37,393 bases of DNA from an uncultured Bacteroidia bacterium. Its GTDB lineage: Bacteria; Bacteroidota; Bacteroidia; Bacteroidales; GCA-2748055. The stretch is taken from NCBI GenBank assembly GCA_965364615.1, contig CBDTYO010000002.1:1-37393 (forward strand). Reading direction: 5' to 3'. The translations under genes and the position numbers were made by a program. Of the stretch, positions 27,045 to 34,968 are shown one piece after another; within the stretch, counting starts at the first letter, position 1; each line of letters begins with the position of its first letter. Below the pieces are notes generated by a model, which was given only the letters and a program-made list of their open reading frames with translations, was not told the DNA's origin and ran no database searches.

Positions 27045-27359
27045 ATGGTAAGTACAATATTCATCTCCGTAGGTGTGCTTTTCAACCTGTTTGGCTGCAT
27101 CGGATTGATCAGGCTTCCTGATGTATACAACCGCTTGCAATCTGCCACCAAGTGCGTCACCCTGGGTACTTGCAGCATCCTGGTGGGCGTGGCTTTCCAT
27201 TTTGGTCTGATGGAAGCCGGCATCAAAGCGCTGATTGCCATCCCTTTGCTATTCTTCGGGGCAACGGTGGCTGCCCATGCGCTGGTAAGGGGCGCCTATC
27301 ATGCAGGCATTAAACTGGGAGACAAAAGTGTTAAGGACGACTATAAAGATGCGCTATAA
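27045..27359 (+). CDS. mrpG: Monovalent cation/H+ antiporter subunit G (MrpG/MnhG)
   Basis: 104 aa. The motif is LFGCIGLIRLPDVYNRLQSATKCVTLG. Confidence 0.8.
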   Translation: MVSTIFISVGVLFNLFGCIGLIRLPDVYNRLQSATKCVTLGTCSILVGVAFHFGLMEAGIKALIAIPLLFFGATVAAHALVRGAYHAGIKLGDKSVKDDYKDAL

Positions 27360-27967
27360 TGAAGTATCCTAAGATCAGAGAGCTTAAAGAGGCGGTCATT
27401 TCACTGGTCACGCCAGCCTATACCTCCTCCTTTCCCCACAAACCCCATACCCCCTTTAAAAACTACAGGGGAAAACCGGAAGTGGACGATAATCATTGCG
27501 TGGGATGCGAAACCTGTGCCAACGTATGCCCTTCCAATGCCATAACCATTGAAGATGACCGTACCACTGGTCAGAGGACAATCACAAGGAACTTCGGGAA
27601 ATGCATCTTCTGTGGAATGTGCCAGCAACACTGCATCACGGGCAAGGGGGTGGTGCTTTCGGATCAAATTTTTGATCTGGCAGTCTTCGACAGGGCCAAG
27701 GTGGTAGAGAAGCAGGAAAAGAAGCTGGTGATTTGCAAGAATTGCCATGCCATCATCACCACCGACGAGCACATCAAATACATGCACGACAAACTGGGTC
27801 CCAAAGCCTTTGCTTCCACCCTCAACCTGAACCTGTTGAACGAAAAACTGAAACTGGCTGAAAAAGAGGATGCCGAAGTGGAAATCAAAGATGGCCTTAA
27901 GAGAAAGGATATGTTCAACATCATCTGTCCCAACTGCATGCGATCTGTCCTAATTCAATATATTTAG
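27359..27967 (+). CDS. 2x[4Fe-4S] NuoI / MbhN-like hydrogenase subunit with an extra C-terminal Cys4 extension
   Basis: The cluster motifs are CVGCETCANVCP and CIFCGMCQQHC. An additional tail of about 100 aa carries CKNC (C126/C129) and CPNC (C190/C193). A TAATG overlap joins it to mrpG. Confidence 0.8.
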   Translation: MKYPKIRELKEAVISLVTPAYTSSFPHKPHTPFKNYRGKPEVDDNHCVGCETCANVCPSNAITIEDDRTTGQRTITRNFGKCIFCGMCQQHCITGKGVVLSDQIFDLAVFDRAKVVEKQEKKLVICKNCHAIITTDEHIKYMHDKLGPKAFASTLNLNLLNEKLKLAEKEDAEVEIKDGLKRKDMFNIICPNCMRSVLIQYI

Positions 27968-27973
27968 CCGGAA

Positions 27974-28423
27974 GTGCATGAACTGGCCCGGCTAATCAAA
28001 CATTCCTCTTGCCTGCTCTTTGTGGGAGTGGGCAATGTGCTGAAAAGAGACGATGGTGTGGGCGTGATCATCAGCCAGGGAATCATTGCCAGACCGGGTA
28101 TATTAACACTGACCGTAGAAGTCAGTATCGAAAACTATATAGGCAAAATTAACTCCATGGACCCCGGAGAGATAGTCATTGTCGATTGCATGGAGCTGGG
28201 GAGCGAGCCCGGAACTTACCGCCTGCTTGAACTTCAGCATTTGGAGGACCTCACCTTCAATACCCACAATATTTCTCTGGGCAAGCTGAGCGATTTTTTC
28301 CATTATCCCACCTATGTGCTGGGGATTCAGCCCCAGAGTGTGGAATTCGGGGATGAACTATCATTGCCTGTGAAAGATACTGCTGCACAGATCATCCAAT
28401 TCATTAACCAAAACCCGCAATAG
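27974..28423 (+). CDS. Hydrogenase maturation endopeptidase (HycI/HybD family)
   Basis: LLFVGVGNVLKRDDGVGV is the GxGN...DDGxG signature. It is 149 aa with a GTG start. Confidence 0.8.
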   Translation: MHELARLIKHSSCLLFVGVGNVLKRDDGVGVIISQGIIARPGILTLTVEVSIENYIGKINSMDPGEIVIVDCMELGSEPGTYRLLELQHLEDLTFNTHNISLGKLSDFFHYPTYVLGIQPQSVEFGDELSLPVKDTAAQIIQFINQNPQ

Positions 28424-28425
28424 TC

Positions 28426-28836
28426 ATGTCCAACAATTATTCATGCCCGGAGTGCAAAAGCAGGATGAGCATTGGCAGCTCCCTTGTCTTATCTGCCAAA
28501 TCGCCCAACAATGAAAGGGGACTTATCTTCCTTGATACCGAACTTGGAAGTTACACCAAAAGAACCCATCCCGATTTTGAGCTTAAGGAGGGGGTGGACT
28601 ATAAATTCTATTGTCCTGTCTGTCATTTTAAACTGAACAAAGCTGATAATCCCCACCTGGTGAAAATGTATATGAGCGATGATTCGGGAAAAGAATTTGA
28701 AATCAATATTTCCAACATCATCGGTGAACACTGTACCTACAAAATTACCGAGAAAAAGGTGGAAGCATTTGGCCCGGACGCCGAAAGATATCGCAAATAC
28801 CTTGATCTTCCCTCGGAATTCCGAAAGTACCTGTAA
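28426..28836 (+). CDS. Uncharacterised Cys4 zinc-ribbon-like protein, last gene of the hydrogenase operon
   Basis: 136 aa. It has CPEC (C7/C10) and CPVC (C63/C66). It starts 2 nt after the protease gene's stop codon. I do not recognise the family. Confidence 0.5.
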   Translation: MSNNYSCPECKSRMSIGSSLVLSAKSPNNERGLIFLDTELGSYTKRTHPDFELKEGVDYKFYCPVCHFKLNKADNPHLVKMYMSDDSGKEFEINISNIIGEHCTYKITEKKVEAFGPDAERYRKYLDLPSEFRKYL

Positions 28837-28856
28837 GCAAATCTCCTTTTTATGAA

Positions 28857-28886
28857 CCCCGCAATGCCCTCACTTGCGGTGTTTTG
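28857..28886 (+). terminator. Rho-independent-type terminator closing the hydrogenase operon
   Basis: The stem is CCGCAA (28858-28863) / TTGCGG (28873-28878) with a 9-nt loop, followed by TGTTTTG. It begins 21 nt after the last stop codon. Confidence 0.55.
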
Positions 28887-28977
28887 CGTGCTTAAGAAAG
28901 GAGAATTTTCTCACATGCATCATATATATTTCATACATTCGTTCTGTAACTATTATGTGGAACGATAAACTACCGCC

Positions 28978-29592
28978 ATGAGAAGGTCCATCCGACAACT
29001 TGCTGCTGCCATTTTGTTTACAGCCTTATTTTGTTCTTTCTATCCCCAGGCCCGGGCCCAGTCCGGTGCCCTTGCAGTGCTTGATTCGGCCCTGCTGGAG
29101 TCGCAGCTGGAATATGTCCACGAAAACACCCGTGTATATAATAATTTCAGGGCCATCCGGGACGATATTTTTCTGAAATTGAAAGGAAATGTCATCGATA
29201 CCCTGGTGGAACAGAAGCTGCTGGTGGAACAATTGAACAGCCGGCTCGCCGAGAGGGGCTTTCAGATTGAAACCTTGAATACAGACCTGGCCAGAACCAA
29301 GAATGAGCGTGATGAGGCCATCAAAAACAAAAACAGCCTTGCCATTTTTGGAATTGCCATGAATAAGGCCTTATACAACTCGGTCATGTGGTTTATAGTG
29401 CTGGGGCTGGCAGCGCTTGCAGTCATTATGCTTGTGTTGTTCAGACGCTCTCACGTAGTAACCAGTCAGACCAAAAATGAACTTGATACCACGCTGAAGG
29501 AGTTTGAGGAATACCGAAAAAGCGCCAGGGAGAAATACGAAAAGCTGGTGGTTTCCCACCACCATGAGATCATGAAGCTGAAGAACAGCTAG
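28978..29592 (+). CDS. Hypothetical coiled-coil membrane protein
   Basis: It has a signal peptide (…FYPQARAQ), a coiled-coil region, one TM segment (VMWFIVLGLAALAVIMLVLF) and a charged C-terminal helix. Confidence 0.5.
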   Translation: MRRSIRQLAAAILFTALFCSFYPQARAQSGALAVLDSALLESQLEYVHENTRVYNNFRAIRDDIFLKLKGNVIDTLVEQKLLVEQLNSRLAERGFQIETLNTDLARTKNERDEAIKNKNSLAIFGIAMNKALYNSVMWFIVLGLAALAVIMLVLFRRSHVVTSQTKNELDTTLKEFEEYRKSAREKYEKLVVSHHHEIMKLKNS

Positions 29593-29670
29593 TCCGCATT
29601 TCGATTATTGAACAATCTTTTAACATCACTGGGCTTTCACCGGTGGGATCCATATCTTTAAGTAAAACCC

Positions 29671-30579
29671 TTGCCCATGAATAACATTCCTGTGCTGCAT
29701 GTGACAGGGAAATCCCTGGCTGTCACCTATGAAGCCGCTCTTGTGAAGCTATATAAGGAGGGAACCCGGTTTAAAACCCAGTACGACAAACCCGGTGATC
29801 CGCTCAGCCTCGACTGCACCCTCAATGCCACGGTCCTGGAACCCGAACGCGATCCCATGATCCACCAGGCTTTTCCGGGGGGGATCGAGGATCTGAAAGA
29901 GTATGTGATGGAATTGAAGGGATTTAAGGACCACTGGGTCAAAAACATGAACGATCCGGGCGATACACGCTGGGAATACACCTACCACGGCAGGCTGCAA
30001 CGCTACGGATCCTGGAAGGAATCCGTCACCGAAAACGGCAAAGCGGAGAGAAGGGATGTGGGCTTTCAGGTGGACCAGATAGAACATGTCATCCATAAGC
30101 TGGTGGAACAGCCCTATACCCGGCAGGCACAAATGATTACCTGGATGCCCAACCACGATCTCCAGGTCTACGATCCTCCCTGTCTTCAATCGCTCTGGTA
30201 TCGGATCCTGGAGGATGGGGATGGGGTACAATGGCTCAACTCGAATATCCGCTTCAGAAGCAACGATGCCTGGGGGGCCAGCTTTATGAATATGTTCGGT
30301 TTTATTCGCTTCAACCGTGAAGTGATCGCCGATGAGGTGGCCCGAAGGAGCGGAAAGGAGGTCCGCCTGGGAAGAATGAATTGGCAGGCCGATTCCTATC
30401 ACATTTACGGGCGGGACATCGCCCAGGCCAAAGCCATGCTGTTTGACCGGCTGGGTGAACTTTCCCTGGAAGAGCGCACCTTTAATTTCGGTGACGATTT
30501 TATCCGGGACATGTATGAAGGGGCAGAACAGCTCGCCTTAATGAAGATCAGGAAGTACGACGAGGAGCATGCGAAGTAA
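29671..30579 (+). CDS. Thymidylate-synthase-fold protein (divergent ThyA / pyrimidine-nucleotide C5 methylase or hydroxymethylase family)
   Basis: The motifs compare with ThyA as follows: DQIEHVIHKLVEQPYTRQAQMITWMPNHD (ThyA DQL..VI..IK..P.SRR...W.P.D); DPPCLQSLWYRI (catalytic Cys region); RFRSNDAWGASFMN (RS.D..LG.PFN); ADSYHIYGRD (GD.HIY). The second Arg of the SRR pair is Gln here. Confidence 0.7.
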   Translation: MPMNNIPVLHVTGKSLAVTYEAALVKLYKEGTRFKTQYDKPGDPLSLDCTLNATVLEPERDPMIHQAFPGGIEDLKEYVMELKGFKDHWVKNMNDPGDTRWEYTYHGRLQRYGSWKESVTENGKAERRDVGFQVDQIEHVIHKLVEQPYTRQAQMITWMPNHDLQVYDPPCLQSLWYRILEDGDGVQWLNSNIRFRSNDAWGASFMNMFGFIRFNREVIADEVARRSGKEVRLGRMNWQADSYHIYGRDIAQAKAMLFDRLGELSLEERTFNFGDDFIRDMYEGAEQLALMKIRKYDEEHAK

Positions 30580-30982
30580 AAAACTCCTCCAGGATCGCTT
30601 CAATGTCCGTTGTTTCCTTGTATTGTTTTGTCAATAGTTTTTCACTGCCGGCTACCATGGCGGACAGCGATTTTCCAGAACGAACATCGAACAGGCAAAG
30701 TATGGGCTTATCCATTTCCAGGGCCCGTCCGATTTCATAGCCCACACCCAGGCTGGGAACGGTCACTTCAGCGACCAGCACATCAGATTCCACGATCCAT
30801 CCCAGATCCCGGTCATGGATCTCACGGTCGGAAAGCTCCCTGTCCTTGCTTTGAATCACCTCGTTACTTCCCACATGTTCGGTGAGTACACTCCCGTATC
30901 TGTGCAGCATTTCAATGATAAGCTCATAGGTACGTGCCAGTTCCCTGCCCCCTCTGATGGATCCACAGAAATATATTTTCAT
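30548..30982 (-). CDS. 2'-deoxynucleoside 5'-phosphate N-hydrolase (DNPH1/Rcl-like; nucleoside 2-deoxyribosyltransferase fold)
   Basis: The motifs MKIYFCGSIRGGRE, VLTEHV, DVLVAEVTVPSLGVGYEIGRA, KPILCLF and SAMV match the Rcl/DNPH1 pattern closely. Its 3' end overlaps the convergent TS-fold gene by 32 nt. Confidence 0.8.
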   Translation of the reverse strand: MKIYFCGSIRGGRELARTYELIIEMLHRYGSVLTEHVGSNEVIQSKDRELSDREIHDRDLGWIVESDVLVAEVTVPSLGVGYEIGRALEMDKPILCLFDVRSGKSLSAMVAGSEKLLTKQYKETTDIEAILEEFFTSHAPRRTS

Positions 30983-31071
30983 CGCCGGAAAGGATTGGAT
31001 GGGTTCATGATGTGATCGAAGTAAAATTAGCTAAATTGGAAGATCGTATTCATTCAAACAAAAGATTTATT

Positions 31072-31254
31072 ATGGCAACAGAAGTTTCAGGAAATGTCCC
31101 CGCGGGGGCGGTATACGCACTGGGTCTTATCGGAGCAGCAGTATATTTCATATCCATAGCCACCGGGTTCTGGGAAGGTTTGTTGGGGGTTCTCAAAGCA
31201 TTGGTATGGCCGGCCATCCTGGTTTTCGACGCTTTCACCACCCTGGCTGTCTGA
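31072..31254 (+). CDS. Small two-TM membrane protein
   Basis: The sequence is MATEVSGNVPAGAVYALGLIGAAVYFISIATGFWEGLLGVLKALVWPAILVFDAF. The ATG at 31072 is preferred over 31012, but the start is uncertain. Confidence 0.5.
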   Translation: MATEVSGNVPAGAVYALGLIGAAVYFISIATGFWEGLLGVLKALVWPAILVFDAFTTLAV

Positions 31255-31647
31255 TTAGAGTTCCATATCCCCCAGGTGCAGATCCAGCGCCCTGACTGAT
31301 ATCTGTATCTCCCAGACCGATATGGCCAGGGACACGATCAGCATAAGCAGGGCAATCCCGAAAATGATTTCTGCTGCCAGCTGCAATTCTATATATACCA
31401 GGAACATACATAGCACACACAGCAGCAGGCTTCCAATTCCCAGCAGTTGCATGGTGCGGGTAAGCGTCAATCTTTTTCTGAGATTCTGAATTTGTCCGAC
31501 CAGGATGGCGTCCGGATTCTCCTTGTAGCGGGCATGAAGGGTTCTGACCACATTGGCATAGGCCAGGAAGCGGTTGGTATAGGCCAGCAGAAGCAGGGAA
31601 ATGGCAGAGAACAGCAACGCCGGTGTGGTGAGGGTCAATTGGTTCAT
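31255..31647 (-). CDS. DUF2721-like membrane protein
   Basis: 130 aa. The motif is TTPALLFSAISLLLLAYTNRFLAYANVVRTLH, and there are 3 TM segments. It lies 13 nt downstream of the aldo/keto reductase gene. Confidence 0.6.
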   Translation of the reverse strand: MNQLTLTTPALLFSAISLLLLAYTNRFLAYANVVRTLHARYKENPDAILVGQIQNLRKRLTLTRTMQLLGIGSLLLCVLCMFLVYIELQLAAEIIFGIALLMLIVSLAISVWEIQISVRALDLHLGDMEL

Positions 31648-31660
31648 CTCCGTTTGGGAT

Positions 31661-32524
31661 TTAGGCCCTCACGCTGGCTTCAGGAAGACGTTTCTGAATG
31701 TCTTTTAGCTGTTCAATGCTTTCGAAACCCATGGTGAATGCATGTGCCAGGCCTTCCCCGGTCTGAAACTGCAGACATTCATCTTTCATATCCAATAACT
31801 GTCCGCAACCATAAACCTTCATGGCGATAATGGCTTTGCCATTGTTCTTCATCCGGGTCAACACCTTGCGCACAGTGGGTACGTCTGCATCCATTCTCGC
31901 CCCGCCTGGGTTGAACCTTGCCAGATCCACCTCCACCCAGGGTTCCTCAGCAGCAGCCTCCAACGCACCGATGGAATGGCAGCTTACCCCATGTGCACGA
32001 ACAATGCCTTTTTCCTTGGCCTCTGAAAGTGCTTCCATGGCGCCTGTCATATTCTGGTTCCACTGTGGATCGGTGACTGCGTGAAGCAGGACAATGTCAA
32101 GATAGTCGGTTCCCAATTCCTGCCTGAAACGGTCCAGGTCCTTTTTCATGGCCTCATAGCTGTTGGAATTGGACTTTGTCAGGATCACCACCTTTTCCCT
32201 TTCCACCTTCTTCAAGGCTGTTCCCACATGGGGATGTGAACCGTATTGATCGGCCGTTTCCCAGAAATTGATCCCATCATCGTAAGCGGCCCGCAGCATG
32301 TCGGACACTCCCTTAATCCCCAGTCTGCGTGTCTGGTCAGAAGATCCTCCGTACCCGTTCGTTCCGGTGCCCATGGCCATCCTTGACATTTCAATGCCTG
32401 TATTTCCCAGTTTGACCCGGTCATGCGGATAGAGCTTATTTTCCAGGGCCAGGGCTTCATAAGGAAATGCGGATAAAAATGCTGCTCCTGCCGCGCTATT
32501 CCTGATAAATGTCCTTCTTTTCAT
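31661..32524 (-). CDS. Aldo/keto reductase with a twin-arginine signal
   Basis: MKRRTFIRNSAAGAAFLSAFP is Tat-like. The AKR motifs are GTNGYGG...INFWETADQYGS and VSCHS. Confidence 0.8.
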   Translation of the reverse strand: MKRRTFIRNSAAGAAFLSAFPYEALALENKLYPHDRVKLGNTGIEMSRMAMGTGTNGYGGSSDQTRRLGIKGVSDMLRAAYDDGINFWETADQYGSHPHVGTALKKVEREKVVILTKSNSNSYEAMKKDLDRFRQELGTDYLDIVLLHAVTDPQWNQNMTGAMEALSEAKEKGIVRAHGVSCHSIGALEAAAEEPWVEVDLARFNPGGARMDADVPTVRKVLTRMKNNGKAIIAMKVYGCGQLLDMKDECLQFQTGEGLAHAFTMGFESIEQLKDIQKRLPEASVRA

Positions 32525-32796
32525 ACTTCCTGTGTTAATGTTTGTCCGGGTAAGATACCAAAACTAGGAACCAAAATCCACTCCATGTGTTTAAAATCAA
32601 GATTTAACATCATGTTAACCAGATGTATATATTTAAAAAATGAAGCGCGGGAAAAACAACAGGAGCTGATCCTGCTGACCAACCTGTGTTTGAAAGCCTT
32701 CTCACCACCCAACATATCTGGTTCACCAGATCTTTGAGATATTATGGTATACCCATGGGTAAATACAGGGCCATACTGGATCTTATGGAGGAAGAA

Positions 32797-34023
32797 TCAT
32801 CGGGGTGATTTCTCCAGCATGACCTTTCTGACCGCTTCCAGGTAGCCGAAATTCCAGCGCATATCGGGCAGGAGATAACCCCCTTCCACCCACTCGTTCC
32901 ATGAGAACACCGTGATCAGCCGGGACTGGCCGGGGTGCTGGTCTGCATATTCCCGGGCCTTGTATAAATAGGCGGCGAAGCTTTCGGGTGATTTGTGATA
33001 ATGAATCACGTGGCTTTTCCCCTTGTCCGGGAACCTGGGTGTATCGTCCCAGCCAATGGATACGTTGGGGAAATAGGGAATATCCAGGGCTTCGTCCCAG
33101 TTTTGCCTGCGCTGCATGGCCTGCTCGCCCCATACAATATAATCCTCCAGTCCTTCCCCCTGTCCCCAGTTATATTTGGTCACGCTGTTGATCCCCAGCA
33201 GGGAAGCAAGCTCGGCATTGCCCCTTCCTTCGCTCAGATCGGGGCGTAAGAGGCCAGGGTTCTTTTCATTGCCCCCGAAGGCAATCACCTGGACATGCAA
33301 TCCCGGGAATCCGGCCTCTTGGGTCTTTTCCCTGAAATAATCCAGGGATGCCCTGGCCCCACTCAGGCCTCCGCAGTCTTCCACAAATTTGTGAAAGTTG
33401 AATATGGAGAACACCGGCTTCCCCTCTATCGTGAAGTAATTGGGCTGGTGGAAATACTGGCGAATCACCCTATCCACTATGATCCTGAAATTCTCCTGAT
33501 CCACCGAACCGGTCCATAACAGGGAATCCGAATCATACTTGTAATGGTTCCAGTAATTCTTCTTGACATCGTGGTTGGCCCACATGAGATAGAATTGCAT
33601 TTTATCATTGTTTCTTGCCTTAAGGAATCCATTGTTCAGGCTGCTTTCAAGAAAGGGACCTCCATCAAACCAGTACCAGTCAAAGATGAATACATTCACC
33701 CCATGGTCCGTGGCCGCATCGATCCACTTTTCCATCACCTGGGGATCGTCGTCCATCTCATACCCCCAGAGCGGAACTTTGGGTTGGTAGTGACCTTCAA
33801 AGCGGGGGGTCCCTTTCCTGATGATTTCCCATTCGCCGGTTTTTTCGGGCCAGAGCATTTTTGCATTGCGTTCCTCATAGTGACAGGATGGCCATACATA
33901 GGCGGCCACGTAATAAGGAATATCGCTGGTCACGGAATGATCCTTCTGCTGACTGTAAGCGAAAGAGGGAATGGTGGCCAACAGAATACATACAATTTTT
34001 TGAACCGGAAAGAAGGTCTTCAT
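32797..34023 (-). CDS. Glycoside hydrolase family 99-like / WbsX-family protein, secreted
   Basis: It has a signal peptide (MKTFFPVQKIVCILLATIPSFAYSQ). Motifs are YYVAAYVWPSCH...WEII, PLWGYEMDDDPQVMEKWIDAATDHGVNVFIFDWYWF and SWNEWVEGGYL. The ATG at 34023 is preferred over 34131. Confidence 0.6.
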   Translation of the reverse strand: MKTFFPVQKIVCILLATIPSFAYSQQKDHSVTSDIPYYVAAYVWPSCHYEERNAKMLWPEKTGEWEIIRKGTPRFEGHYQPKVPLWGYEMDDDPQVMEKWIDAATDHGVNVFIFDWYWFDGGPFLESSLNNGFLKARNNDKMQFYLMWANHDVKKNYWNHYKYDSDSLLWTGSVDQENFRIIVDRVIRQYFHQPNYFTIEGKPVFSIFNFHKFVEDCGGLSGARASLDYFREKTQEAGFPGLHVQVIAFGGNEKNPGLLRPDLSEGRGNAELASLLGINSVTKYNWGQGEGLEDYIVWGEQAMQRRQNWDEALDIPYFPNVSIGWDDTPRFPDKGKSHVIHYHKSPESFAAYLYKAREYADQHPGQSRLITVFSWNEWVEGGYLLPDMRWNFGYLEAVRKVMLEKSPR

Positions 34024-34119
34024 GGCATTCATCATGTTTTGATCCATCCCGAATTTACACAATATATCCAATGCCTGAAAAGCCATGCAGAGATTGTCAC
34101 GATTGTGTATCTTGCCTCC

Positions 34120-34968
34120 ATGATTGAACAAGGAAGCCTGTGCGAATTGCGAATCCAGAAAAGGTCCGGCGTAGGACTTTTTCTCTCCGATGAATCAGGC
34201 GAAGAGGTACTGCTCCCCAACAAATACTGCACGGATGAAATGAAGCCCGGGGAGAAAGTAACTGTCTTCATCTATCGCGACTCGGAAGGCAGAAAAGTGG
34301 CCACCACCCTCAGGCCCAAAATACTTCTCCATGAATTTGCCCTGTTGAAAGTAAGCGCAGTAACCCGGGTGGGTGCCTTTCTTGACTGGGGATTGGAGAA
34401 AGATCTCATGGTTCCTTTCCGGGAGCAGAAACAAAAAATGGAGGAAGGACGCTGGTACATTGTTTACCTCGACCTGGATCGTAAAACTGACCGGCTGTTT
34501 GCCAGCAATCGCCTGGAAAGGTATATTCAAAACGATGAGCTTACTGTAAAGGAAGGCGACGCCGTAGACCTGTTGATACTGCAAAAAACCGATCTGGGCT
34601 TTGCGGTCATCATCAACCACAAGCATAAAGGATTGATTTTTGACAATGAAGTCTTTCAGGAGCTTCGCATAGGAGAGGGCTTGAAAGGATTTGTGAAAAA
34701 AGTACGAGACGATCACAAAATAGATATTTCTTTACAGCCCATTGGATACAAAGAGGCCCATGATGCCAACAGCGAATTGATTCTTAATCAACTGAAAGCT
34801 TCTGAAGGATTCCTGCCCATCACGGATACAAGCAGCCCCGAAGAGATCTACCTGCAGTTGGGCATCAGCAAAAAAGCCTTTAAAAAAACCATTGGCGCCC
34901 TCTATAAACAAAGGCTCATTGAAATTCGGCCCACAGGCATCGCCTTGATCCCACAGGTATCGCCTTGA
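34120..34968 (+). CDS. cvfB: S1-domain RNA-binding protein, CvfB/YitL family
   Basis: Motifs are MIEQGSLCELRIQKRSGVGLFL..., VGAFLDWGLEKDLMVPFREQ, GFAVIINHKHKGLIFDNEV and a C-terminal winged helix (...ISKKAFKKTIGALYKQRLI). The ORF-track start at 33544 is an antisense read-through of the neighbouring gene. Confidence 0.8.
   Translation: MIEQGSLCELRIQKRSGVGLFLSDESGEEVLLPNKYCTDEMKPGEKVTVFIYRDSEGRKVATTLRPKILLHEFALLKVSAVTRVGAFLDWGLEKDLMVPFREQKQKMEEGRWYIVYLDLDRKTDRLFASNRLERYIQNDELTVKEGDAVDLLILQKTDLGFAVIINHKHKGLIFDNEVFQELRIGEGLKGFVKKVRDDHKIDISLQPIGYKEAHDANSELILNQLKASEGFLPITDTSSPEEIYLQLGISKKAFKKTIGALYKQRLIEIRPTGIALIPQVSP

Noticed and set aside
18606-27967. Interpretation as respiratory complex I (nuo) or an Mbx/MBS-type non-hydrogenase complex
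   Set aside because: The NuoD-like subunit retains both CxxC Ni-Fe motifs, and a hydrogenase maturation protease is encoded in cis. There are no NuoA, NuoJ, NuoE, NuoF or NuoG genes.
29749-30402. 217-aa ORF antisense to the thymidylate-synthase-fold gene
   Set aside because: It is a shadow ORF. The plus-strand frame carries the ordered TS-family motifs.
33544-34119. N-terminal 192 aa of the 474-aa ORF 33544-34968
   Set aside because: This part is antisense to the GH99-like gene and has no CvfB similarity. CvfB-family proteins start with an MIE.G... S1 domain, which matches the ATG at 34120.
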